DNA of 64,000 nt from Chrysomallon squamiferum (taxonomy: Eukaryota; Animalia; Mollusca), in assembly GCA_012295275.1 (NCBI GenBank), contig CM022671.1:36580001-36644000 (forward strand). Reading direction: 5' to 3'. Of this stretch, positions 1 through 24,600 are shown piece after piece. The position numbers and the translations under genes are program-made. Numbering within the stretch: position 1 is the stretch's first letter; each line of letters starts with the position of its first letter. The notes beneath the pieces were generated by a model. It was not told where the DNA came from, made no database searches, and worked only from the letters and a program-made list of their open reading frames with translations.

Positions 1-60
<60 letters not shown>
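1..60. repeat. (GT)n microsatellite
   Basis: Pure GT run. Confidence 0.95.
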
Positions 61-63
<3 letters not shown>

Positions 64-109
64 TGATATTTAATATAATATACAACATATAAACATCTCT
101 CCATTTCAG

Positions 110-10816
<10,707 letters not shown>

Positions 10817-10877
10817 ACCAACTTACAGACGAGCAAGTATGATCGATATTAACATGTATATAATATATTTTTATACG

Positions 10878-10883
10878 AATAAA
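10878..10883 (+). terminator. Putative polyadenylation signal of the CARP gene
   Basis: AATAAA 62 nt after the stop codon, followed by a GT/T-rich tract. Confidence 0.55.
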
Positions 10884-10982
10884 ATTTATAAAAACATCGC
10901 CCGTTGTCTGTTTTATGTCTTATTAATTTCAAAATTGTGTGTCATTTAATAGACTGAACGCTCACGCATAGACACACATTTA

Positions 10983-11036
<54 letters not shown>

Positions 11037-11371
11037 GCTAAATGCATTTGTTGACGTGCGCGCACATACAAACGCCAATACAAACACACACATACATACA
11101 AAAATGTTATATCTATCTATCTATCTATCTAAATCTGAAACAGATTTAAATTGTTTGTTCGGTAATGTAAAAAAGAATTTTTCTTCTACTAGAATTAAAA
11201 CATAGATAAAGAATAGCGATAGAAAAAGATAAAATAACATATATTAATACTTGTTAGACCAGACACCGTGATTTTGTAATAATAATAATAATCAATTTCC
11301 GAATTCAGCAACTTAATAAATTTCACCACTATTTTGTAAGTTTCATTTTATCTTATTATTATTATTATTAC

Positions 11372-11411
<40 letters not shown>

Positions 11412-11579
11412 AATAACACACACACACACACACACATGTTTAAATATTACGAATAAAGTTTTTATATGCATATTTTTGGATAAGATTTAGTAAGCCATAG
11501 TTTGAGATGAATTTAATCTAAACATAGGACACATACCAAGGGAGATAACGCAGAATACATCTCTGCTGATATTTACTGC

Positions 11580-11602
11580 CCTTTCCGGGTTTATCACGTG
11601 AC
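11580..11602 (+). promoter_or_regulatory. Candidate promoter motifs of the RCC1-domain gene: TTCCGG (ETS-like) and E-box/CLEAR-like TCACGTGAC
   Basis: ctttccgggtttatcacgtgac lies ~100 nt upstream of ATG 11695, CpG-containing within AT-rich flanks. Confidence 0.35.
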
Positions 11603-11694
11603 AAATAAAAACGAAAGTGTGTAATTTTTGTATGGCTTTTCTTTAAAATTGTCTGCTTCTTTTATAAAATGATACATCTGGTGTTCAGTTTAGC

Positions 11695-12226
11695 ATGATG
11701 TATAATTTGTTCGAGGTTGTTCGACTGTTGTCAGTTGGTAAAGAGCAGGGGGTGAAAAGAAAACATAAAATTTTTGTAAAGACGTATGCATGGAAGGAGG
11801 AAGGCGAAATAAGCCTTTTGGCTCTGGCCTGTTCCAATGGTAAGATAATAATTATAAATTTTAGTTTACGTATTTAACATTATTATTGTTTCTCAAAGGA
11901 AATGTTTGTTGCAAACTTCTTGGTAAAATAAATGATTAATGTAAAATCTTTAAATTTTAAAATTAACATAAGCCAGTATTTTGTGGTTGGATATTGTATT
12001 AATCATTCAATGTTGGAAAAAAAAGAAGAAGTTAATACAAATAATATCAAATAGTAATTAAAAAATGGAATAATTCAGGTGAAATCTATAAAAAGAAGTA
12101 TTAAATCTGAAATAACATTAGATAAACTGTTATGTTAGCAAGCTTGTATCTGTCATAAACGTGACTCAGGTAGTGCTTATTGAATATATGATTAGTAATC
12201 AAGCTGTTCTTTTATATTCTTGTTTT

Positions 12227-12291
<65 letters not shown>

Positions 12292-12559
12292 TAATCCTAG
12301 AATATGTTTTTAAATTTTAAATGTTGACACTATAGTTATGATTCAAATTGTTTAAATTAATGCTGTTTATTTTCTTACAGATAGTATACTTTTAAGATAC
12401 AGTCTCTTTGGGAAGGCACCAGTTATCAAGCAGTTGCCATGGTTACCAGACAGAGTGATTGTGTCAATGTGCTTTGATCCTACTGTAACCTGGCTGCTGA
12501 TACTGACAGAAACTCCACAACTTTTCATAATCCCTGCATTTTCATTATTGGCAAGTTTT

Positions 12560-12635
<76 letters not shown>

Positions 12636-15600
12636 GGAGGGAGAGAGAGAGAAGTGATTTTATGAAATGTGTGAAGGTGATAAATAGAAATGTTTATATG
12701 AATTAGCACAATACATTTGACACATTTCACATTTAATAGTTTTGAATTTGAAACAATGGATTTCATGCATGTTCAGATTGAATACAGCAAAGAACAATAA
12801 GAAATAAAAAATTTGCTAACAACAGAATACTAAAACTGTATTTGGGTAATTAGATAAAATAATAAATAAATATTTTGTTAATTGCAGGAACCAAATGTTC
12901 GAGTTAATCAGATCTGGAGGACTGATGATGTCACTTGTGTTACCATGGAGAAACTAAAAGGTGAGGATAGTTTGTCATTTCTTTCTCTGATGAACTAAGT
13001 TGATGTCAGATACATTTTAAATAAGTGTGTTTTTTTTAATTAAGTGTCCGTGTTTTTTAATTAAGTGTCCGTGTTTTTGTCTGCTATGTTAGATGAACAA
13101 TCCATAAGTCTTACAATGAAAGTATTCTTTAATGTTTTTATTTCTCTCTCTGTCCATTTTTACATTTCATAATATCATTACATAAGTAATTGTAACTATG
13201 TGTTGTACATATATATGCATGTGTGTGTGAATATTTGTGTCAGTATGACTGCATTGTGTGTTTTTGTGTGCGTTTACATGTATATATGTATAGGATATGC
13301 ATCTGTCCTTTTTGTCTCTATGTTGGTAGATATATATATATCTGGGTATGTCTTTGTGTGAATGTGTGTCTTGGTTAGTGTTTATTTTGTGATTATTTTA
13401 CAGATAATGTGACTGTTACAAAATGGTGGCACACGTTTGATGATCAGCAGATTGCTATCATTGGATCAAAGGTAAGAATTAAAACTAATTAAAACAGGTG
13501 TTAATGTCAGAGCCTGGTCCTGTCTCTCAGTCACATTATAACAAGACAGTATCGCAGAATTAAATAACTGGTAACTGGATTTTATTTATTGAATCTGGTT
13601 TGATGAGGTAAAAGAAGCAACAGAAAAGATAAAATTATATACAGACAGATGAATGGAAGATTTTCTGTTTTCTAATAAAATAAGAATTTAACAAAAGTTT
13701 ATGTTGTTACTTGTTTATGTAGTGAAGAATTTTAACATGTTAATAACTGAAGTGTTTGTTTTACACAGAGTGGAGAGATTGTGTTTGTAGATTTGTTACA
13801 ACACAAAGTGGTGGCCACTGCACAGGTAGACAAACCTGTGAGAAAACTTGAACTTGTACAGAATGACACACAGACAGACACATATCTTCTGGTTTGTTTT
13901 TACAGCATTGAATTTGATATTATTTTAATTAATTACTCAGTGGGTTTTTTTTGTTTTTTTTTATGATAAATTTCTAAAAAAAAAGTTTTTATGCTTTAGA
14001 TGATAAACATAATAAATATATTTTTACATATAAACATCAAATTCTCTTTAAATTAATTTTTTCTTTATTTTCCATCCAGAGTAATCATAATATCTTTTAT
14101 GTTGAATTTCATTTCTACTGAAATTGTTTGTTTGTTTACCAGATTACTGCGGTCAGCGGTCAGCAGTGGAAACTTGTGTTGGAGACACACAGTGAGATGG
14201 TCAGTCAGCTGTCACATGACACAGGTGTGAGACAGGTGTCTGGTGCTGCACACAGACATCCAGTAAAAAACATACTTACTGCTGCAGGTAACTGTGTTTT
14301 ATATACATACAGGCACTTTATACACTGTAATTATATCATATGTACAGCTATTGTATATTGTTGACATTGTAATTATATATATATAAAATTTTGTACTTTG
14401 TTAATTATTTCTTCTAAAATTTATCTTCTAAGCATATATTTGACTACTATCTATACAGAAATTTTATCTTGTCAAAAATGATTACTATATCATTGCTACC
14501 AGTAAATCTGTCCTGTGTACAGGTGTGATTCTTTGTGTGTGATATATGTTTGATATTTAAATTGTTTGTGATTCTAGAAGAAGACAAAGAAACATTTGTT
14601 CCAGTTCAGTACACACAGTTTCAGAGATCTGTCACACTGACGTCACAGTATGCAAGAAGTCGACACTTTGTGATAGCTCACTGTGACAAGTCATCTACAT
14701 TACAGGTAACATACAGTAATATTGATTGTACACAGGTATATTACAGGTAAATTACAGGTAACATACAGTAATGTCGATTGTATACACAGGTATATTACAG
14801 GTAACATACAGTAATGTTGATTGTATACACAGATATATTACAGGTAACATACAGTAATGTTGATTGTATACACAGGTATATAGGTATATTGCAGGTAACA
14901 TACATTAATGTTGATTGTATACACAGGTATATTACAGGTAACATACAGTGATGTTGATTGTATTCACAGGTATATTACAGATCACATACAGTAATGTTGA
15001 TTTAATACACAGATACATTATAGGTAGCATGCAGTTATAATATAGATTGTGTACACAGGTATATTGTAGGTAACATGATATAATGTAGATTGTATAAACA
15101 GATATATTTTAATTATGTTACAGGTATATTATAGGTATATTACTGGTAACAATGTTTTTATTGACAAACATCAGATCCCAGAACCTTGCCTAGGCACTAG
15201 GAAAATATCAGTTTAAAAATTTATAAACAATAAATTTAAAAAACATAATTAAAAGAATAAAAATTCAACATTTGAGCATAGACCAAGTGTAATTTGAAAA
15301 AAGATCACCCCTCTGTGCTCAGATGTCTGGACTCCCCCTAAGAAACACTTCTTCATACTATTTTATCTGCAAACTTAAGACAAGAATAAACAAACATGAA
15401 GACAGACATTAGTGATGAACTAACAGCGTAATGGACAGTTGAACAGACACTCAGTACTAATACACCTGCTATTAAATTTGGCTGAGGGATAAAGTCAGAC
15501 AGTTAAATACACCACGCAGGCCATTTCTTTCCTTGTTTGTGCCATTAAAATAGGGAGTTACCGCCTAACTTGGTTTCCGTGGCAAACTAAAGGTTTTGTA

Positions 15601-18600
15601 TAATGTGTGATTCTATGGAAAAATTCATGGCCTATAAAAACACACAGACACAATTTCATACTGAAAGTTTCATGTACATGTGATCTTCACTCACACATTT
15701 GGCTTGTTCTGGTCAGCCTGGTGTTTCTTGACACTGAGTCTACCTGATTATTAGTCTCTGTGTGAAATAAATGAGGATAAAAAAAATGAAATTTATTTAT
15801 TTTTCAAAACTGTCGTTGATTTGCAGAAATGTTTTCAGTGCCCTAGACAACTCCTACTTTGCCTGTATGGTATCACCTGCCCTGTCTGCATTGTTTATAA
15901 AACTTGTTATTTGATACTTGTATGAAAGTGTTTACATTAGATAAGTAAAAACAATACATACTGAAACTTTTAAATTCTAAAACACAGGTGGTGAGAGTGA
16001 TATATAGCACTCTCCTCTCTTTGTCTACATACACACTTTTAAATTTTAAAATACAGGTGTATGACAGTGATCTACAGCACTCTCCTCTCTTTGTCTACAT
16101 ACACACTTTTAAATTTTAAAATACAGGTATACGACAGTGATCTACAGCACTCTCCTCTCTTTGTCTACATACACACTTTTAAATTTTGAAATACAGGTAT
16201 ACGACAGTGATCTACAGCACTCTCCTCTCTTTGTCTACATACACACTTTTAAATTTTAAAATACAGGTGTATGACAGTGATCTACAGCACTCTCCTCTCT
16301 TTGTCTACAAACTGCCCGTCAGCGTGTACAACGTTGTCCTCACAGACAGACTGGTGTTCTGTGTGTCTCGACTGAGTGGCAAGAAACTTCTTGTTCTGTC
16401 CAGTCAAAGATCAGAGGTCTCTCTCGATAGTCAGCAGGTTTGTTGTGTTACACTTAAATATTCCTATTTCTTTACGTTTCTTTTATCTTTTGAGAACTTA
16501 ATAAATATCTGTTTAAATTTTCATTGTTTATATATTAACATTGTAGATGATGTGGATGTAAAACTGTAGTTTGTTGTAAAGTATGGGTAAATTCTCTGTG
16601 TAGCAAGGTATGCAATATGTTGTGATCTGTTCACTAGGAAGATGACAGTGGAGTGTGGTCTGGCATTTTATGTATAGGCATTGGAATAAATATAAAAAAT
16701 CTAGAATTCTGACAGAACTGATTGAGAATATTGTAAAATAATTTGTGTTGTAGACAATTACAAACTGACAGATACACAAAGTACAGACAGGTTTTCACTG
16801 ACGTAAACTGATTTGTGTTGTAGACAGACATACAGAGTACAGACAGGTTTTCACTCGTGGTATGTTTTTTACTTAAGTCTTTTTGCATTGTTTCTTTGGC
16901 ATTTTGTGCTTTTTGGTTTGCTTTGTTTGTTTCAGTTTTGTTTATGATCGTTTGCATGTTTTCTCAGTTTTTATTTTGTATCTTGTATTATAATTGTTGT
17001 TGTTGTGTTGTATTGTATTATATTATATATATTTTTTTATTTATAATTGAATTGTTGTTCCTGCTTTATTTTGTTCAGCATGTGTTAGCTTGTTTTCGGT
17101 CTTGTTATCATATTCTTGTTTCTTTTTCTTTTATAGCTGTGAGATAGATCAAACCTTTATTATTCAATTTGTTTTCTCTCTTTATTTATTTCTCTTTTAA
17201 TTCTAATTTTTTTATTCTTTTATTGGGTTTTAGAATTTAATTCATGCATCTCACAAATGCATGCAGTTGTAGCAGTATTGTCATGTTTTTATTTTGTGTG
17301 TGTATATTTGGTTTTTTTTTTTGGTAAACTGTTATCAGATTATAATGTTTAGATTTTTATATTAGGCCTGAAAAAATAGTATTAATTGAAATTATTCATA
17401 CAGAGATAATTCAAAGATAATTGATAGTGTTATGATTCAGACAATAAACTGATTGATAATGTGTTAATGTTCAAACTGTTTGAAATTTACTAAAAAGAAA
17501 ATTCATAGTTTTGTGACTAAAACTTAGTGCAGCTTGGTTAAAAAAAAACAAAAATGGGTAACTTGATGATTCAGGTATTTGTAATTTATATGATTTTTTT
17601 TGCAACCACCCTGTATTTTCTCACTAATTCAGACAGTACTGTTAGTGATAACACATTGTTTAATTAACACTGATGATGTATAATGTAATGTGTGTAGGAT
17701 TTCAACACAGAAGCTGTTGTGCAGCAGTTTGATCTGCCAGCCAATGAGACTATACTGGGAGTGGAAAAAAGAAAATTTCCATTTTACTGGCATGACAACA
17801 AGGGTGATTACATATTTAGTTACCGTGGAAATGAGAGTGCAGCAGGATGTTCAGAGTGGATCGATGTCAAAAGTCACACAGTGCTGGAAGGTTGTGTGTT
17901 TGTCACCAACCAGGCAGTGTATGAGTGTAGACCTAGGTAAGTCAGTGCGTCTGTCCATGTGTGTGTGATTTATTTTTAGTATATTTTTACTAATACCTAT
18001 ATACATACATTTACAAACAACATAAACATACATATAGAAACACACACACACACACATACGCAGACACACCTCTATGCTTTCACATTCCACTTTTTGAAAA
18101 TACTAATTTGTATGTTTGTCTAATTGCTGTTTCAGTGTTTCACCTGAACACCTGTTTCTTCACCTGGCTATCACAAAACCTGACCCTCGTCATGCTGAAA
18201 CTCTTGCAGTCAACATCGGCTTAAATGTGACAACGTTGTTTGAACTTGCAGCTGACTGTTTGTTGAGAACAGGAGATGTTACCAGAGCCATTCGACTTTA
18301 TCATCTGTCTAAGGTATAACACACCCGTCTAATATGTAACACACCTGTCTAATATGTAACACACCTGTCTAATATGTAACACACCTGTCTAATATGTAAC
18401 ACACCGTCTAATATGTAACACACCTGTCTAATATGTAACACACCGTCTAATATGTAACACACATGTCTAATATGTAACACACATGTCTAATATGTAACAC
18501 ACCCATCTAATATGTAACACACCCGTCTAATATGTAACACACCTGTCTAACATATAACACACATATCTAACATATAACATCTAATATATATCACACGTCT

Positions 18601-21600
18601 AACATGTACCACAACTATCTAACACATAACACATTATACAATACACTGCAACTGTCTAATACATACACACCTATCTGACTTACAACATGTCTAAGGCTTA
18701 ACATAAAATATTTTAGACCTGCACATCAGTCATCCAAGTTTTGAGATTAAGAGACAAATTTTTCAGTGTTCCTATGTGAAACGAGCTTCGAATCTAGCAA
18801 AGACTGGACACACACAGGAAGTGGTAGGCATGTTACATCACACTCTCAGAAACATGGAACTCTCCTCTGCGGAGAGGAAGGAACTGGCAGACTTGTTGTT
18901 GTACTGTTACGTACATCAGCTGAAAGAACAGGCACAAAGTACACCGGCTGTCAGCAAGTCATTCAGGTGATTAATATTTTGCATGTTCAGTTGTTTACAC
19001 GTCAGACAATACTTCAGCAGTTTGTTCTGAGAGAGAGCAAACCTCAGGCTATGTTTAATGTTTACACACAAATAATTTTTCTAACCATATTCCTATTAAG
19101 ATAAACACATACATACACTTTGATAGATCACACAACAGAAACAGGACTACTGGCGTATACAAGCAGGTTGGAGATGAACACAAACACAACTTGTAGAATT
19201 GCAGGTAAATGTTGTCAGTTAATTACACATTATATCTGTATATGTGCATGTGTGAGATATTTCTGTATATTTCTTTATTAGAAGAATAAAGACAGCATTT
19301 GTATTTCAGGTGTTTTCTTCATGAGGATTTCTCTTTCAGTGAAGAGGCAGCTCTAAATCTTCTCTGTGACAATTTTCTCTTTGACTGTTTGTTAGAGTTT
19401 GCCAAGGTAACAGCTGATCTGTAATCAAGTCTCATGTGTGTAATTATCTCTTTAATACGTAACCTAGAATTATCCACTGTTTAATATTTGATCTTTTCTA
19501 CCTTTTTTTTGGTAATAATTGCATGTTCAAACTGTTATTTTGAATGACAGCATCATAAGCAATGCAAACAGTTTAGTTTAAATTTATTCAAACTGAGATT
19601 TCATCACGGTTTCAAGTTACGGTCTATGATGTTTTCAAATCTGTAGCAGTATTATTTTTTCTCTGTGTTGCAGGGGAGAGGTTTGGTGATGGAGACTCTG
19701 AGTTTGCTGATATCAAAGTCTCAGTTCAGTGTGAACAAAGATCAGCTTGTCAGTCTCGCATCCAGAGGTTTCAGCAGTCACCTGTTGAAAGCTGGGAAAG
19801 GTAAACCTCACTGAGACACTAGGTACATATTTGTACTGGTGTATAATACATTCAACATACATCTCTACTTGTATGTAGTAATTATTGAATATGAACTGCT
19901 TACACAAAATATGATAAATAAGTTAAATATCTCTCTGCTAGTCATGTAATAAGTATTTAGATTTAATCGATGCAGTAATAAAATGTTTGCTTTGTTGACA
20001 GGATGTTTACTGCAGTGTTTACCAGCCGATGATCTTGTCAGTTTACTTCTAACTCAGCCACAGTTAGCAGTACTCAACATGCAGCTTATTGAGTCACAAC
20101 TGAGTCAGCTTAGTGAGTCCAGCCTTGCAGCTTTAGCAGAAACCTTTGATCCTTCGAAACCTGTTATCAAGTCATTCCTTGCTCAAACTCACAGCTCACG
20201 TTATAGGTAACTGATTCCTTACTCAAACTCACAGCTCACAATATAGGTGACTGATTCGTTACTCAAACTCGCAACTCACATCATAGGTAACTGATTCCTT
20301 ACTCAAACTCACAGAACACGTTACAGGTAACAGATTCGTTATTCAGTAACACTGCTCACAGTAATTTGTATTCCTTAATCAAACTCACCTTACAAATAGT
20401 TATAATTCTGGTTACAGATTGTAATACGCATTTTTCTCTCTGTAAACAAACAGCTTGTTTATTTCAGAACTGTCAGTGTGGGCAGCCTCTCCTCGCTCAC
20501 CTCGTTTTCAAGTGATTCTGATGTCTCCATGGTAACCTGGTTTTTAACAAATATTTTTTTTATATCACAGCAGTAAGGAAAAAAAATCATGTTTTTAAAT
20601 TTTAAAAAAATGTGATATTTAACTAAGACTGATAATTGAATATGGTGGTTTTCAGATTTATTCACATACGTATTTATTATTCATCTGTTAGGTTAATACA
20701 CATTTGTTTCACACTGCTTGTATCCAGATCTCAGGTTAAATACAAACTGCAAAATGATAAAAAAATAAATAAATAAATAAATAAAATAAAATACTGGTGA
20801 CTTTGACATTGAAGTTCTTTTTGAGTCAGGTAAATTCACTTGAATAAATTGTTAATAGACGAATAAGTTTTGCTTTGAAGATATTTTCAAATAGTTTGTC
20901 AGATCAAAACCTATATTGAATGTGAAAATATTTGTTACCAGTGAATTACTAATAAGTTGATACTTTTATTTACAACTATTTTTAATTTTTTTATTGTTTT
21001 TTGTTTTTGTTTTTATATATGTGTAGGTAATTTGTTTATTTCTCACAGATGAGTAATGGAAGACAGATCTGCAGACTTGTTGAGTTTTTTGTTCGTGTTG
21101 TGTTGTTACTCAGCAAACACAGAAATGTAAACATGAAAACGCTGAAACTTTCTCATTTTACCAGTGAGACAGAAACAAACCAGTCAAAACACCCAGTAAG
21201 ACATATTATTATTTATTCAATAACATTTCATTCTTATCCTTGTTAATATCATCATCACCATCATCATCATCATCATCATCATCATTATTATTATGATCAT
21301 TATTATTATTTAAGTGGTTTATTTTACTGATAAGTTAATTTAAACAATTTGAGGTGGAGATTTCAGGGGAGACAACTAGAAGACTTAAGTTACAGCGTTG
21401 TTTGATTGGTTGTCAGAGCTGTCACTCGGCTGTGATCAGAAACTCAGACCTCTACAGCTGGGGCAGCCCCAGCCATGGCAAGTGAGTTGTTCAGTCACAA
21501 ACATCACAGAAACACCACAGAAAACACCACAGAAACATCACAGAAACATCACAGAAACACCACAGAAACACCACAGAAACACCACAGAAACATCACACAA

Positions 21601-24600
21601 AATTAAACAAACATCTACAAACAAAAAGAAAACCAGGTGAAAACAACATGTAAGTGAATTATATATTTGGAACATACAGGTGAAAACAAGGTGTAAATTA
21701 ATTATATATTTATACAGACAGAGAACTGACAGGTGAAAACAAGGTGTAAATTAATTATATATTTATATAGACTAGGACATGGAGAACTGACAGGTGAAAA
21801 CAAGGTGTAAATTAATTATATATTTATACAGACATAGAGAACTGACAGGTGAAAACAAGGTGTAAATTAATTATATATTTATACAGACTAGGACATGGAG
21901 AACTGACAGGTGAAAACAAGGTGTGTGTTCCGAGTCGAGTGGAGGTTTTACACATGTTGCAGTTAAAAGTCCAGTCAGTTGGGTGTGGTCAGAACCACAC
22001 CGTGGTCATCACAGAGCAGGGGGTCAGTATCCACTCTCCTTTTGTTTTTTTTAGAGATGTTTCAGTTTGTAGAGATGTTTTGTTTATAGATTGTTTGTTT
22101 TTTTCCTCATTATAGAGATGTTTTATATAATAGAAAAGTTTTTATTGTATACTGATAAAAGAAAAAACCAGTGTAAATATTTACACTAAACAAATACAAA
22201 AGTTTTATTTTTCTTATACATGATAATTTTCAGATAAACTATAAACAATGTTCAGTATGTAGTTATTTGATCTGTATTAATGTCTTTATTTTGTTTTTAT
22301 TATCATATATTTGTTTATTTAGAAAACTTTTTTTTCTTCAGGTATATGGCTGGGGCAGTTCCCACTATGGACAGGTTGGGGTGGGTACAAGACATTCATA
22401 CAGCCGTCCGATGCTAATAGACACCATTGGACATAAAACATGTATAAGTGTTATCTGTGGTCACTATCACACCTTGATGCTCACCGATGACTGTGAGTAA
22501 GTGTTGTTTATTATATAATGAGTGAGTGTTATTTATTATATAGTAAGTTATTTATTATATAGTAATTGTTATTTATGATATAGTGAGTAAGTTATTTATA
22601 CTAAGTGCTATTTATTATATAGTGTTATTTATTATATAGTGAGTGTTATTTATTATATAGTAAGTGTTATTTATTATATAGTGAGTGAATGTTATTTACT
22701 ATATAGTAAATGTTAGTGTTATTTTTTATATAGTGAGTGTTATTTATTATGCAGATAACATTATTTATCATTAGTTAGTGTTATTTATCATGCAGTCAGT
22801 AAGTGTTATTTATAATGTTGTCAGTGTTATTTATCATGTAGTCAATGTTATATATCAGGCAGTAAATAAATGTTATTTGCAATGTAGTAAGTATTCTTCA
22901 ATGAAACATGTTTTGTTTTGTCAGACTGTACAGTTGGGGCTGGGGGGTGCATGGTCAGTTAGGTCACAGTGACCCAGAGGACCGGCTGCTGCCCACTGTC
23001 GTCAAGTCTCTGGCAGGAAGGAATGTTGTGAAAATAGCCGCAGGCTACTGTCACAGTCTGGCACTCACAGAACAGGTACACACTGTTTACACAGGCACTC
23101 ACAGAACAGGTACACACTGTTTACACAGGTACACACTGTTTACACAGGCACACACTGTTTACACAGGCACACACTGTTTACACAGGTACACACTGTTTAC
23201 ACAAGCACACAGTTTACACAAGCACACACTGTTTACACAGGTACACACTGTTTACATAGGTATACTTTGTTTACAAAGATAATTGTCTACACTGTCAAAC
23301 AGTTTACAGAGCTGCTCAGTGTTTACGCATTTACACGTAGTTTACACAGATGTGCAGATTTACACAGAAACAGACACGTGTACAAACATACGTAAACATG
23401 ATGTGTGTCTTTGACAGGGAGACCTCTACGTGTTTGGTTGTGGATACTTTGGACAGCTTGGTTTGGGGAATAATTTAAAACAGTCAACACCAAGAAAACT
23501 GGACACCATTGGCGAAAGCATCACAGTGATAGGAGCCAAGTATTTCACCTCAGTAAGTTTTTGCACACAACATTTCTCTGTGCTATTAACACCAAGTTTT
23601 GTAACAAGTTTTATAAATAAGTTTTGTGACAGATACTAAACCTGAGTTATGAAGAAGCAAGTACTAAGACTGAATTCTGTAACTTGTTAAAGCTGATTTC
23701 TGCAGCCTGTACTGAAACCGAGTTTGTTGCAGATTGCTGTAACAGTGAGTAACAAAGTGTATGTGTGGGGATGTCACCCGTATGGACTGCGTTGTTCTGC
23801 ACAGATGCTGCGTCGTGCCAGACAGCATGGACAGCCACTGAGCGACCCCGTCAACAGCTTTCTCCTTCCAGCATGTGTTGACACAACGTACGTCAACGGA
23901 GACATCGTCCAGGTACAGACACAAATCTTTTCATAGTATTTTACCTCTCACACTTTTCACAGAGAAATTCACTGTCTCATGAGAAATACATAATTTTTGA
24001 TATTATAAAACATCATCATAGAAATAACAATTCCTTCTTTTTTTTCATAATCTGTAATGTTTAATTTGAACTATGAAGCCAAAATAAATTAAATTTTAAT
24101 GCAATTCAGTTAACTTTTTACAAATGAATTTTGTGAAATTTAAGTATTTTTAATTCATGTAGCTGCAGGAAGTTTACTCTGTGTACTTCTTACATTGGAG
24201 GGTGAAGTGCAGTTATGAAGTCTGTGAAGTTAATGTGTGAAGTATTTTTAATTCAGGTAACAGCTGGAAGTTTACACTGTGTAATTCTTACATCGGAGGG
24301 TGAAGTTTATGTCTGGGGTTACAACATGGACGGTCAGCTTGGTATTGGTACAAAGCAGGAAGAGGTAATCACATGGCTTTACAAAACAACTTTTTCACTA
24401 CAAGGTATTTGGTGTGAAAACAGTTGTGATGTTCTGTATGAATAACATTGTTTTTATCATGTCTCACTGTATCATCTCTCACTGTATCATCTCTCACTGT
24501 ATCATGTCTCACTGTATCATGTCTCGCTGTATCATCTCTCACTGTATAATCTCTCACTGTATCATGTCTCACTGTATAATCTCTCACTGTATCATCTCTC

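Noticed and set aside
15170-15884. Possible hAT-like MITE (right end ...tatcacctgccctg)
   Set aside because: No matching left inverted repeat or target-site duplication could be identified.
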